From: Deinococcota bacterium
Lineage (GTDB): Bacteria > Deinococcota > Deinococci > Deinococcales > Thermaceae
Direction: 5' to 3'
Assembly: GCA_041695225.1 (NCBI GenBank)
Contig: JBGFRI010000004.1
Coordinates: forward strand, 32,001-96,000
Length of the DNA: 64,000 bases
Shown here: positions 1 to 11,869 of the stretch, piece by piece
How the letters are laid out: each line of letters opens with the position of its first letter
How positions within the stretch are numbered: the first letter of the stretch is position 1
The notes under the pieces: generated by a model
Seen by the model: the letters and a program-made list of their open reading frames with translations, nothing else
What the model was told of the DNA's origin: nothing
Database searches by the model: none
Translations under genes and position numbers: made by a program

Positions 1-228
1 TTGTTCGCGGCTGCGGCAGTTTTCCAGTTGATCACGCTGCCAGTGGAGTTTGACGCCTCCAACCGTGCTTTGAACATTCTCAAGAAGATGAATTTTCTCG
101 ACAAGGCCGAGATGGGCGGCGCCCGTACGGTGCTAACCGCTGCTGCCCTGACCTACGTTGCGGCACTGGCCAACTCGCTGGCCACCATTCTGCACTACGT
201 GGCCATCATGATGGCCAATCGCGAGTAA
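1..228 (+). CDS. Zinc metallopeptidase, YugP family (3' part, truncated by window edge)
   Basis: FQLITLPVEFDASNRA and VLTAAALTYVAA motifs. Confidence 0.85.
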   Translation: MFAAAAVFQLITLPVEFDASNRALNILKKMNFLDKAEMGGARTVLTAAALTYVAALANSLATILHYVAIMMANRE

Positions 229-540
229 GCCAGATTCTGACCTGGATTAGCCCCGCTTACTGCGGGGCTTTTGTCTGGGCCAGTCCCGTTCCAAAAGCGC
301 ATAAAGGGTCATATCCAGCAGCCAGTCCCGAAGCCAGACCTCCCGGCGCAGTACACCTTCCATGGTAAACACCAGACGCTCGGGAATCGCGCAGCTTTTG
401 AGATTTCTGGCGCCTGCTCGAATCTCCAACCGATTCTGGCCGATCTCAAAAAATGCATAATTTATCAGGGCCTCTACCCCACGGGTTATCAGCCCTTTCC
501 CCAGGAATGTCGCACCCAGCCAGTAGCCAGTCTCGGCGCT

Positions 541-637
541 AAACCCCTCAACCCCCCAGCCCGATGCAAGCAACCTCCGCTCCGCTCCGCCTTCTCCTGC
601 AAGGGGAGAAGGGGGTGGCTGATGGCGAGAACACCCC
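541..637. repeat. Palindromic miniature element (CCTTCTCC..GGAGAAGG) inside GNAT pseudogene
   Basis: C-rich/G-rich hairpin lying exactly at the break in GNAT similarity. Confidence 0.65.
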
Positions 638-826
638 ACGGTGTGAGGGCTTGATGCCAAACAAACTCAGGGTTCCGACCAGTTTTTTCCGATACCAGAC
701 CGGCAGGGGCAGTTGTCGACCTAAAGCCGGTTCTTCCAGGGTGCTCTGAACAAACGCCTCTGTGCCGCGCACCCAGGCTAGCCAGCGGTGTAGATCATTG
801 CGGCTGGCGTCAATCGGGGCAAACAA

Positions 827-1061
827 TAGACTGGATAGCAACGTGGCCGAAGACGGGGGTGATTAATACCCGCCCCGCAAGGGGGGAGGGAGACTTGCGA
901 CCTGAGACAAACTTCTGACCTGAGACCTGAGAGTCCCTGTCCTCCCGCAAGCAGTTCCTCCCCCTCGACGGGGGAGGTTAGGTGGGGGTGTGAGCCAAAG
1001 GCGAAACCATGAGACAGGAAGGGAGAAACTCGGCTGTCGCCGCGACCCCCCTCCCTGCCCT
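827..1061. repeat. Composite repeat: 44-bp motif + family A palindromic element + heptamer repeats
   Basis: CCTCCCCCTCGACGGGGGAGGTTAGGTGGGGGTGTGAGCC..AAACTCGGCTGTCGCCGCGACCCCCC also at ~7030, ~27740, ~31530. Confidence 0.85.
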
Positions 1062-1155
1062 GGCACGGTGAGGTTGCAGTAGAAGCGACTCTGTGTGGCT
1101 ATCGAGCTGGTGAAACACCATTCAGGCCTCTCCTGCTTTGTTCTGGTACTGCCAC

Positions 1156-2601
<1,446 letters not shown>

Positions 2602-2672
2602 GGGGGTGCTCCTGTCTGGGGTAGTGGTCGGGGGTGGGCCCGGGGCAGCTAGGCGAAAGGTGATGGGCTAAG

Positions 2673-2763
2673 AAAAAAGCCGGGACGGAGGCCCCAGGCG
2701 CACCATTACCCCGGCAGAAAGGCAGGCTTAACATCGGATAGCAGAAGCCACAGACCAAGTATA
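2673..2763 (-). promoter_or_regulatory. cysS leader: extended -10 (TGcTATACT), 7-codon uORF MASAIRC, hairpin + U-tract
   Basis: TATACT 2763-2758, GTG 6 nt later (2751-2728), GCCGGG..CCCGGC followed by a T-run. Confidence 0.4.
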
Positions 2764-2768
2764 GCACT

Positions 2769-3206
2769 CTAGGCCGCTGCGCAGCGCTGCTTGAGACCAC
2801 GCAGCAGGTCGTCGATGTTTTCCTGCATCAGCTTCTTGACCAGTTTTTGCAGCAGTCCGCCGAAGATGGGGATATTCAGTTCGTACTCCAGCCTGAGAAT
2901 GGCCCGGGTTCCCTCTCCTTCGGGCAGGAAGGTCCAGGAACCCCGGTACACCTCAAAATCGCCCTCTTTGCTATCGAACTCGTTGCGAAACTCGGCGTCG
3001 AACCACCGCTCGTCTTCTATCCAGTGGACCTTTTTGCCCATCGCCACCGCGACAAACCGGGTACGCGAGGTGGTTCCATGGTCTTCGAGCACCTCGAGGG
3101 TTTCGACGTCCTTAAGGTATGGCTTAAGGCCAGCCAGATCCCGCGCAGCAGCGTAGACCTCCTGGGGAGGCCGGGGAATGAAGAGCTCAGAGATGACTTC
3201 AGGCAT
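2769..3206 (-). CDS. SRPBCC / polyketide cyclase family protein
   Basis: START-like pattern, GDF..Y.GSWTF; TAGACT-N6-ATG leaderless start. Confidence 0.85.
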   Translation of the reverse strand: MPEVISELFIPRPPQEVYAAARDLAGLKPYLKDVETLEVLEDHGTTSRTRFVAVAMGKKVHWIEDERWFDAEFRNEFDSKEGDFEVYRGSWTFLPEGEGTRAILRLEYELNIPIFGGLLQKLVKKLMQENIDDLLRGLKQRCAAA

Positions 3207-3412
3207 ACCGCCAGTCTACAGGAGAACCTGCCCCGGCCCACCTGCCTGTGGGTGAGCACGATTGCAGCTTTCCTCGTACTGACCCCCAGCCTGCCTCAAC
3301 CACGCTGCTTTGGCGCTGTCAGCTTTGGCTTGGTCATATCGTTCGCGGGCATCACTTAGTATTGAACCATAGAATGGGTGACGAAGTGACCGAGCATGGG
3401 GGTGATTAATTC

Positions 3413-4903
3413 ATGCCAGATGAGACCAAACCAGGCGAGACCAGACCTGCGCCACTGGACCAGCTCACCACCACCCAGCACAGCCTGCGTCTAGCAGGTG
3501 AGGAACTGCACTATAGCGTCACCTGCGGAACCATGGTGCTGCGCGAAGAGTCAGAAAAAGATGGGGCTGCCGAGGGGCACAAGCCCAAAGCCACGGTTTT
3601 CTTTGTTGCCTATACCAGAGATGGCGTTCCTGACCGTAGTAAGCACCCCATCACCTTTTCCTTCAACGGTGGGCCGGGCTCGTCATCGGTCTGGCTGCAC
3701 CTGGGCTTGCTTGGCCCCAAGCGGGTCAAGATGGGCGATGTCGGAAGCCTCACGCCACCGCCCTATGGCCTGGTTGACAACCCATATACCCTGCTGCAGG
3801 ATAGCGATCTGGTGTTTATTGACCCCGTTGGCACCGGCTATAGCCGGATGGTGGAAGGAGAAAAAACCAAGGAATACCACGGCTTTAAACGCGACCTCGA
3901 GAGCGTGGGCGAGTTTATTCGTCTGTACACCCACCGCTACGGGCGCTGGACCAGCCCCAAATATCTGATTGGCGAGAGCTACGGCACCACCCGGGCCGCG
4001 GGCCTGTCGGGCTATCTGCAGGAGCGGCACGGCATGTATCTGAATGGGATCATGCTGGTCAGCAGCATTTTAGAGTTCTCCACCGCCCGCTTCAACCCCG
4101 GCAACGACCTGCCGCACATTCTCTACCTGCCCAGCTTCAGTGCTGCCGCCTGGTATCACCAAAGGCTTCGCGCAGACCTCCAGCGCAAACCACTGCCGGG
4201 CGTTTTGCAGGAGGTAGAGGCTTTTGCCCAGGGTGAGTACGCCCTGGCCCTGATGCAGGGCAGCAAGCTGCCGCCAGCCGAGCATAAGCGCATCGCCCAG
4301 AAGCTCTCAGGCTATACCGGCCTGCCCGAAGAGTACGTGCTGGCCTGCAACCTGCGCCTGGAAATCATGCGCTTCTGCAAAGAACTCCTCCGCTCCGAGC
4401 GCAAGACCATCGGACGCCTGGACAGCCGCTTTACCGGAACCGACCGAGACGCAGCCGGGGCCAGTTTCGAGTACGACCCCAGCTACGCCGCCATCCAGGG
4501 GCCCTACACCGCCACCCTCAACCAGTACGTGCGCCAGGACCTGGGATTCCAGAGCGACCTGCCCTACGAGATTCTGTCGGGCTTGTATCAGAACTGGAGC
4601 TACAAGGAGTTTGAAAACCAGTACCTCAACGCTGCCGAAACCTTGCGCAAAGCCATGTGTATGAACCCCTTCCTCAGGGTGTATGTGGGCAGCGGCTACT
4701 ATGATCTGGCCACCCCCTATTTCGCAACCGACTACACCCTAAATCACCTGAGCCTCGAGCCCCATCTGCAAGAAAATATCCAGATTCACTACTACCCTTC
4801 CGGCCACATGATGTATGTTCACCACGAGTCGCTGGCCCAGCAGTCCGCCGATTTGAAGGCATTTATCACCCAGTCAGCCCCGCGCAGTGAACCCAACTAT
4901 TAG
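3413..4903 (+). CDS. Peptidase S10 serine carboxypeptidase-related protein
   Basis: FNGGPGSSS, FIDPVGTGYS, GESYGT, GHMMY motifs. Confidence 0.95.
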   Translation: MPDETKPGETRPAPLDQLTTTQHSLRLAGEELHYSVTCGTMVLREESEKDGAAEGHKPKATVFFVAYTRDGVPDRSKHPITFSFNGGPGSSSVWLHLGLLGPKRVKMGDVGSLTPPPYGLVDNPYTLLQDSDLVFIDPVGTGYSRMVEGEKTKEYHGFKRDLESVGEFIRLYTHRYGRWTSPKYLIGESYGTTRAAGLSGYLQERHGMYLNGIMLVSSILEFSTARFNPGNDLPHILYLPSFSAAAWYHQRLRADLQRKPLPGVLQEVEAFAQGEYALALMQGSKLPPAEHKRIAQKLSGYTGLPEEYVLACNLRLEIMRFCKELLRSERKTIGRLDSRFTGTDRDAAGASFEYDPSYAAIQGPYTATLNQYVRQDLGFQSDLPYEILSGLYQNWSYKEFENQYLNAAETLRKAMCMNPFLRVYVGSGYYDLATPYFATDYTLNHLSLEPHLQENIQIHYYPSGHMMYVHHESLAQQSADLKAFITQSAPRSEPNY

Positions 4904-4906
4904 CCT

Positions 4907-5165
4907 ATAGTCAAAGTCTATGGTCAATGGTCATTTGCATGTGGCCTTCGTCTTAGACAGTTTTTGTGAGCTGGTCGCAACTTATACCAGCTTTCAAATA
5001 ACGGCGAGCTAACGGCCCATAGCTGATAGCCGATAGTCAATAGTCTAGGGTCAATGGTCGTTTACAGATGCACTTTGACCTGTGCAGTCTTTTCGAGCTC
5101 ATCGCAGCTCATACCAACTTTCAAATAACGCCGAGCTAACGGCCAATAGCCGATAGTCAATGGTC
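4907..5165. repeat. Degenerate ~125-bp tandem direct repeat (2 copies)
   Basis: ..TCGCA(A/G)CT(T/C)ATACCA(G/A)CTTTCAAATAACG(G/C)CGAGCTAACGGCC.. occurs twice, flanked by heptamers. Confidence 0.85.
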
Positions 5166-5295
5166 ATCTGCGGCTGGCCCTTCCTTCGGCGGCGTTCCAG
5201 GCTGGCAATTCTGGTTAGAGCAAAGAGTCAAGAGTTGCCCATCCGTCCCGAAGGACCCCGAGCATGAAGCGGTGAGCTGACGCTTCATGCAAAAA

Positions 5296-5590
5296 TGTCG
5301 CAGGTCGAAGGTCAAAGGTCAAAGGTCGAGGGCAGAGAGTCGAGGGTCGAAAGTTGAGGGTCACAGGTCGAAGGTCAAAGGGCAAAGGTCGAAGGGCAAA
5401 GGTCGAAGGGCAAAGGTCGAAGGGCAAAGGTCGAAGGCTTGAGGCTGAAGGCTGAAGGCCCAAGGCTTTTAGCTTTCGGCTTTAGGCTATTAGCTATGGG
5501 CTATCGCCTATGGACTATTGACTATCGACTCATTGAATGACGCAGGTCGCAAGCCAAAAAGACCTGAGACCTGAGACCTGAGACCTGAGA
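5296..5590. repeat. Heptamer tandem repeat tract (AAGGTCG/AGGGCAA, GCTAT-type, TGAGACC)
   Basis: 7-nt periodicity visible directly. Confidence 0.9.
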
Positions 5591-5768
5591 CGCTTCATAA
5601 AAGGGGGAGGGGAATAACAAAGGGGGTAGTTTGCCCTTGCGCAGGCCGTGCTGGACTGGGCCTGCTGGCCGGCGAAGCCCAAACCCACCAGGGCTTGGGG
5701 CTTTTGCCTCTGCTGAGTTAGAATGGGGGCTTGGTGTGCAGGCTGGGCAGCCTGCTTAGAGGACATTC

Positions 5769-6887
5769 ATGGCATCACTAGGAGTCGGTATCGTCGGTCT
5801 TCCCAACGTAGGCAAATCCACACTGTTCAAAGCGATCACCAAAGCAGGCGCGCTCATCGCCAACTATCCCTTCGCTACCATTGACAAAAACGTGGGGGTG
5901 GTAAAGCTACCTGACCCACGTCTGAAAGCCCTGCAACAGCTCTTTGTGAAGGGCGGGCGGGTGCCGCCGGTAGTACCCACCTATGTGGAGTTTGTGGATA
6001 TTGCGGGCCTGGTCAAAGGGGCACACAAGGGCGAGGGCCTGGGCAACCAGTTCCTGGCCAACATCCGCGAGGTAGCGGCCATTGCCCATGTGGTGCGCTG
6101 TTTCGACGACCCCGGGGTGGTGCATGTCTCGGGCCAGGTAAACCCGCTGGACGACCTCGAGACCATCAACACCGAGCTAGCCCTGGCCGATCTCCAGACC
6201 ATCGAAAAACGCCTGGACAAGCTACGCAAGACTGCCCGCAGCAATCCAGACGACCAGGACCTGCTGGACGTGCTGGAACCGCTCATGCGACACCTTGAAA
6301 AGGGCCAGCCCATCCGCACCTACACCGGGGCCGAATCCGAGCTGCTGGGTAGGGCCGCCCGCGAACTGGGGCTGCTCACCTACAAGCCGGTCATTTATGT
6401 CTGCAACGTGGCCGAGGACGACCTGCCCGACGGCGCCAGCAACCCTCACGTAACCAAGGTGCGTGCGGCAGCCGCCAAAGAAGGAGCGGCTGTGGTGGTG
6501 GTCTCGGCAAAAATTGAGGCCGAGCTGGCCGACCTGTCTGAGCCCGAAGCCACCGAGTATCTGCAAACCCTGGGTCTGCAGGAGTCGGGGCTGGATCGGC
6601 TGGTACGTACAGCCTACCAGGCCCTGGGCTTGCAGACCTTCTTTACCGCCAGCGAGAAAGAAGTGCGGGCCTGGACCATCCGCCAGGGTACCAGAGCACC
6701 GCAGGCCGCTGGGGAAATTCACTCCGACCTCGAGAAAGGTTTTATCCGGGCCGAGGTGATCGAGTGGAGCCGGCTGGTCGAGGCAGGCGGCTGGGCGCCG
6801 GCCAGGGAACGAGGCTGGGTGCGCACCGAGGGCAAGGAATACCCCGTGCAGGATGGCGATACAATGCTGGTCTTGTTCAATGTGTAG
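5769..6887 (+). CDS. ychF: Redox-regulated ATPase YchF
   Basis: [42 protein letters not shown]. Confidence 0.98.
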   Translation: MASLGVGIVGLPNVGKSTLFKAITKAGALIANYPFATIDKNVGVVKLPDPRLKALQQLFVKGGRVPPVVPTYVEFVDIAGLVKGAHKGEGLGNQFLANIREVAAIAHVVRCFDDPGVVHVSGQVNPLDDLETINTELALADLQTIEKRLDKLRKTARSNPDDQDLLDVLEPLMRHLEKGQPIRTYTGAESELLGRAARELGLLTYKPVIYVCNVAEDDLPDGASNPHVTKVRAAAAKEGAAVVVVSAKIEAELADLSEPEATEYLQTLGLQESGLDRLVRTAYQALGLQTFFTASEKEVRAWTIRQGTRAPQAAGEIHSDLEKGFIRAEVIEWSRLVEAGGWAPARERGWVRTEGKEYPVQDGDTMLVLFNV

Positions 6888-7021
6888 CCAACCGCTGGTC
6901 AGAATCCACTAGCCAGGCCTCCGGGGCCCTTGTGAACCTCGAGCTGACCAGCCTCGCAAGGGGAGGGAGTGGCCCGGATTCTCTACATGAGGAGGTTGCG
7001 TGACTCGTGTAATCAACTCAC

Positions 7022-7365
7022 TAGAGTAGTTTCTCTTCCTCGACGAGGGAGGTTAGGTGGGGGTGTGAGCCGGAGGCGAACCCTTGAGACAGGAAGTGAA
7101 AAACTCGGCTGTCGCCGCGACCCCCCTCCCTGCCCTCCCCCGCAAGGGGGGAGGGAGACTTGCGACCTGAGACTCGCGACCTGAGACAAACTTCTTACCT
7201 GAGACCTGAGGCTCCCTGTCGTCCCGCAAGTAGTTCCTCCCCCTCGACGGGGGAGGTTAAGTGGGGGTGTGAGCCGACGGCGAAATGTTTACGCAAGAAG
7301 CTAAAAACTCGGCTGTCGCCGCAACCCCCCTCCCTGCCCTCGCCCACAAGGAGGGAGCCGATCTA
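7022..7365. repeat. Two tandem family A palindromic elements with heptamer spacer
   Basis: Near-identical to 870-1061. Confidence 0.9.
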
Positions 7366-7491
7366 GAGTTAGTTTCTACCCGCTCTATGCAACAAGCAGA
7401 CCACACAAGCAATGAGATGCTTGCTATTGGCTATTAGCCATTTGCTATTGGCTATGCGCTATCAGCTATCGGCAGAGGCTAAACAGCAGAC

Positions 7492-8238
7492 TCAATCGGC
7501 AGAGGCCGCCAGCTGAAAGGCCCGGCTCAGGCGGTCCTCGTCGGTCAGATCGAGCCGTAGCGGCGTGAGGGAGACAAAGTTATGGTTGATGGCCCAGCGG
7601 TCGGTACCCTCGTCGGGTTCATGATCGGGGTAGGCGGCAAACCAGAAGTGCTCGCGGCCCATGGGGTCGGTTCCCGGCACGATTTTGCCGTCGTATTTCC
7701 GCACCGACTGCCGGGTCCACAAAAGCCCTTTGGGCTTGGGCGGCAGGTTTACATTAATCAAAAAGGGCCGGGGCTCGCGCAACAGGGCCTCGAGCACCTT
7801 ACCTACCCAGGGTTTGAGGGCTTCGAAGTCGGGTTCCCGGCCGTTGACGGGGGTGCTGAAAGCTATGGCGGGCATGCCCAGTAAGGCCGCCTGTTTGGCC
7901 GCAGCTACCGTGCCAGAATGCCAGATCTCGTTGCCCAGGTTGGAGCCCAGGTTGACGCCGGACAGCACCAGGTCTACTTTGTCCCAGTGGTGGGCTCCCA
8001 GTGCAACGCAGTCGGCTGGGGTGCCGTTCACGCGGTAGGCTTCCAGGCCCCCCATGGGAGTAGTGCGATAATGCAGGGGTCGCATAATGGTTATGGCGTG
8101 GGCCATGGCCGACTGCTCCACGTCTGGCGCCACCACCCGCACCTCGCCAAAAGCAGTTGCCACCTCGGCCAAGGCATACAGGCCAGGGCTGTAGATGCCA
8201 TCGTCGTTGGTTACCAGGATTCTCATCGCATACCTCAC
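7492..8238 (-). CDS. surE: 5'/3'-nucleotidase SurE (start may be the second Met)
   Basis: [28 protein letters not shown]. Confidence 0.97.
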   Translation of the reverse strand: MRYAMRILVTNDDGIYSPGLYALAEVATAFGEVRVVAPDVEQSAMAHAITIMRPLHYRTTPMGGLEAYRVNGTPADCVALGAHHWDKVDLVLSGVNLGSNLGNEIWHSGTVAAAKQAALLGMPAIAFSTPVNGREPDFEALKPWVGKVLEALLREPRPFLINVNLPPKPKGLLWTRQSVRKYDGKIVPGTDPMGREHFWFAAYPDHEPDEGTDRWAINHNFVSLTPLRLDLTDEDRLSRAFQLAASAD

Positions 8239-8431
8239 CGGTCAGTCTGATTTACCTTTGTCACCATAAAGTCAATGACTACTGCACAAATGGGCCTGGA
8301 TCGAGGTAACCCCAGAAGCCCTGGTTGACGGCAGAGTATGTTACACAACAAAACCCGCGAGCAGACCCGTCAGAAAAATGTCAGAGCAAATTGCATATTT
8401 GCTTGACATGGGCTATTTATTATTATACAGG

Positions 8432-9151
8432 ATGGTCAGCGTAATAATTCCAACCTTCAACCGCCCGGCGCTTCTGCTGCGGGCCCTGCGCTCGCTCCAG
8501 GCTCAGCTTTACTCCGACTGGGAGGCGGTGGTGGTAGATGATGGCGATGGCTCGGGTATTCTGGTAGCCCACCAGCTGCGCGACCCCCGGGTGGTAGGTG
8601 TTCGCAACCAGGGTCGGGGGCAGGTTGATGCCCGCAACACCGGGCTGGCCCAGGCCCAGGGCGCGTTTATCGCCCTGCTCGACGACGACGACTGGTTACT
8701 GGATCCCACCCACCTTCACCGGGTGGTGCGGGCCCTGGGAGTTCAGGCCGGGCTGGTCTACCGGGGCGGCTATCTGGTTTACGAGCGCGACGGTCTGGAA
8801 CTAGAGCGCATTCCCTTCGACTTCCGGGCCACCCCCGAGTCGCTGCGACGCGACAACCTGCTGCTGGCCACCGGGGTGGCCTACCCCCGCTTTTTTCACG
8901 ATCAAATGGGCTGGTTCGACCCGGAAATGTCGGACTACTGGGACTGGGACTGGTATCTGCGGGTTGTCTCGGCGGGCTATCCCTTGACCCAGCTGCCCGG
9001 CAGGGGCGTAGCGGTAACGATTCACGGGGCCAATATGTCGTACTCGGCCCGGCAGTCTGACCGCCAGCAGAACCTCGACCGGCTCGCGCGCAAGCATGGC
9101 CTGAGCGGGCTTACCCTCAAAGACCACCGGGTTATTGCCGGAGCTGCATAG
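8432..9151 (+). CDS. Glycosyltransferase family 2
   Basis: MVSVIIPTFNR, VVVDDG, ARNTGL, LDDDD; likely leaderless start after TATTAT. Confidence 0.9.
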   Translation: MVSVIIPTFNRPALLLRALRSLQAQLYSDWEAVVVDDGDGSGILVAHQLRDPRVVGVRNQGRGQVDARNTGLAQAQGAFIALLDDDDWLLDPTHLHRVVRALGVQAGLVYRGGYLVYERDGLELERIPFDFRATPESLRRDNLLLATGVAYPRFFHDQMGWFDPEMSDYWDWDWYLRVVSAGYPLTQLPGRGVAVTIHGANMSYSARQSDRQQNLDRLARKHGLSGLTLKDHRVIAGAA

Positions 9152-9720
9152 CGCCGGTGAAGGGTGCTCCCGCTAACACTGGTCCTAATGTACAAGTGTT
9201 TGGTCCGACCAGTGACCACCATTGGGAACGAGAGGGCATTCAGAAATTACCAGGACACCCAGTCTACCGGGAGAATTTTCAATCAAGACCGTAGCTGAAA
9301 GAGCAGCACTCTGAGCCCCCTCTCCCAAGCTTGGCAGAGGGTTGAATAGTGTCAAAGATGTGATGGTTCGCCCCGTCAATCCCCCTCACCCAGCCTCTTC
9401 CACCAGGGGACGAGAAGCGATCTCTCGAACGCCCTCTAGTGAGCGGCCTTGATCCCGTCATCCGGGTGACAGGGGACCAGTTGTTCAGCTGCCAGGCATG
9501 GCGGTAACCGCGCGGTATATTCGATGTCCCAAATTGAGATCACCATGTCGCTGCGTCCCAACCGGGACCTAAAGCCCCTGACCATGTTGGAACCGTCGGA
9601 ACCAAGCGGGCAGACGGGTGACCTTTCACCCCCGTCTGGACAAGTAAGTCAGTCCTGGCTGCCCGACGGGAGCGCCTCGAGACGCTTGTTTCGGGGCGCA
9701 TCACCCTGAGAACGCATCCT

Positions 9721-10287
9721 TCAGGCCTCGGCCCCTCCCGCGTCCGTAGTGAGCGCCTCGAGGCTCTCAATCGGTTTCCCTAAAGCTATTACATCCCGCA
9801 CCAGACGCTCGGTAGCACCGCCCACAGCCGCATGAATCACCAGTACCCTGAAGGCCAGCCCCACCACCAGCCGATTGCGCCGCTCGGCCTTACGGGTGTC
9901 TGCTCTCCGAACCCCATCCCCAAAGGGCGAGACCAGCAGCAGCCGTCCGGCCTCGAGCGCCCGGTCAAGCTCGGCGGTCAGGCGCATCCCACCCAGCCCC
10001 CGCGCCGGACAGAGCACCACACCCCCCGTACCCTTCAGCACTACCCGCAGCACCTCCTGCTCGACCGGCGAGTGGAAACCCCCCACCAGGGTCAGGCCCT
10101 GCTCCCTGGCCGCCCTGGCCCAGTCCTGCGCCGCGATAATCAGCCGGGCCGGGCACTGGCGCGAGGAGACCACCCCCACCAGGGGTTGGTTCAGAAGCTC
10201 GAGGTTTCCCAGTACAGTCAGCCGCTCGAAGCCCCAGTCGGCCAGACCAGCGGGGAAGTTGGGGTGAGAGGGCTCGAGGCGGGTCAT
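9721..10287 (-). CDS. DprA/SMF-like Rossmann (SLOG) domain protein, stand-alone
   Basis: GNLELLNQP.VGVVSSR, GGFHSPVE, GRLLLVSPF, RRNRLV motifs; much shorter than full DprA. Confidence 0.75.
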   Translation of the reverse strand: MTRLEPSHPNFPAGLADWGFERLTVLGNLELLNQPLVGVVSSRQCPARLIIAAQDWARAAREQGLTLVGGFHSPVEQEVLRVVLKGTGGVVLCPARGLGGMRLTAELDRALEAGRLLLVSPFGDGVRRADTRKAERRNRLVVGLAFRVLVIHAAVGGATERLVRDVIALGKPIESLEALTTDAGGAEA

Positions 10288-10456
10288 GGCAAATGAGGCG
10301 GAAAGAGGCGGGATAAAGGCGGGTCGGTGCGCCTCATAGAGTAGGCCTTTCCATCCCGACCAAGTTATTGCCCAGTCTATTCGGCGCGTGTTTTCAAATC
10401 CACCGTATCCGTCAATTAAGACATAATAGGACAGCGAATAAGGCGGAATAAAATTC

Positions 10457-11866
10457 TTATTTGCCTTGGGTCTTCAAAAACCAGCGTGCGCCTCGCCCAT
10501 GACCCTCAAAATCTACCAGCTTGATGGTCTTGAGAAAAGACAGGTCTTCACGTATCTGCCGCACCGTAGCATCCGGTGCAACCCGTGGCTGAATCTCGCT
10601 GGGAAGCAGACGCACTCCTTGCCCTAAAAGCTGCAAGATGGCCTGTTGTCTGGTGCTAAGGTCATGGCCAATGCGCTGAGGAGCCACATAGCGGCTAGGC
10701 AAAAAGCGCACCAAAACCGCTCGGCTCACCGCCTCTATATCAGGGCGGGGCAGGCCCGCTTTATGAAGCAACTCGGCCATTTTGAGGGTTCCCCGGCCCC
10801 AGGTCTCGATGATTCCCCTGCGATAGAAGACCCCGGCAATCAAAGGGTTCCAGGGCAGCGACTCGTGGGGTTTGTACAGGTCTTCGACGGTAAGGCCAAA
10901 GTGCAGGTCTCCTGACGAGGTGATTTCCAAGCGGTCATCAAAGATGGCTACCCCTACCGAGCCACCACCGATGGAATAGTCGCGGTGGCAGAAGGCATTG
11001 GCCAGGGCTTCGCGCAGGGCCACCGGTGGGTATAGCGGATCATCTTCGCGCTCAAACAGGGTGGGGATCACCCGCCCGGCCACCGGGAGGTTCTCTACCA
11101 GGTAGCGTTCGGCGCGTTGAAGCAAAGAAAAGGCATGGCCCACAAACTGTTTGTTGTCGAGGAATTCGGTTTTGTCCGTTCCTCTAAAGCGGGCCAGACG
11201 CAAGCGGCACTGGGGGTAGTCGGGCAAGAGACGATCTTCACGGCCAAACAGTACCACCGCAGCCCGAAACAGTTGGCCCGTGCGGGAGAGCAGCCCCAGG
11301 CCACGCAGAATCTCCAACGAGTCGCGGCTTCCGGGGTCTTCTGAACGCCCCCGGCGAATGGCTTCCTCAAGGGTTCGGCTGATCTCGGTGGTGTCCAGGT
11401 CGTCCACCGTCCACCCCTCGGCTACTTCGTTCTCCCAGCGCTGAGTCGCGTGGAGTTGCTCGAGCAGCATCTGGTTGTACTCCTCGCGGGTCATCTCGAG
11501 CGTACTGTTGCCCACCCGCTTGTAGCTTTTGCCCCGGTAGGTGTACGGGCGGCGGCTGCCTTGGCTGGTTGTGACCAGGATGACCTCGAGGCCGTTTTCG
11601 AGCAGGACGCGCTCGACGCTGGGAAAAACCGGCGGCTCAATCTGCTGGATTTCGGCGGTTACATCTTCCACGGTTTTATCGATTACCTGCTGACCCGCCA
11701 GCTTGCCCGCCGGATTCACCCCGAACAGCACCCGACCCCCGCTCTTGTTAAGCATCGCGCACAGCGTCTTGGCCGCGTCGCTACGCTGCCCGGTGGTCAA
11801 CTTAAACTCCTGGCTCTCGGACTCCCCCAAGGCCACCCAGCGTTGTACCTGCTCGAGCGTTGCCAC
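10457..11866 (-). CDS. AlbA_2 (Schlafen-like) + HATPase_c_4 (RecG-C-like) + wHTH protein
   Basis: GESESQEFK, AMLNKSGGRVLFGV, ALREALANAFCHRDY, IETWGRG, C-terminal GHGRGARW. Confidence 0.9.
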   Translation of the reverse strand: MATLEQVQRWVALGESESQEFKLTTGQRSDAAKTLCAMLNKSGGRVLFGVNPAGKLAGQQVIDKTVEDVTAEIQQIEPPVFPSVERVLLENGLEVILVTTSQGSRRPYTYRGKSYKRVGNSTLEMTREEYNQMLLEQLHATQRWENEVAEGWTVDDLDTTEISRTLEEAIRRGRSEDPGSRDSLEILRGLGLLSRTGQLFRAAVVLFGREDRLLPDYPQCRLRLARFRGTDKTEFLDNKQFVGHAFSLLQRAERYLVENLPVAGRVIPTLFEREDDPLYPPVALREALANAFCHRDYSIGGGSVGVAIFDDRLEITSSGDLHFGLTVEDLYKPHESLPWNPLIAGVFYRRGIIETWGRGTLKMAELLHKAGLPRPDIEAVSRAVLVRFLPSRYVAPQRIGHDLSTRQQAILQLLGQGVRLLPSEIQPRVAPDATVRQIREDLSFLKTIKLVDFEGHGRGARWFLKTQGK

Positions 11867-11869
11867 TTC

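Larger units (their letters stand above)
247..1121 (-). pseudogene. RimJ/RimL-type GNAT acetyltransferase split by two palindromic insertions
   Basis: RBS + MVFHQLDSHTESLLLQPHRA (1121-1062), then LFAPIDASRNDLHRWLAWV..KPSHR (826-~638), then SAETGYWLG..RLEIRA..FTMEGVLR (~540-247). Confidence 0.8.

Noticed and set aside
4907..5590. Repeat tracts as a CRISPR array
   Set aside because: Heptamer periodicity with no constant repeat and unique spacer pattern
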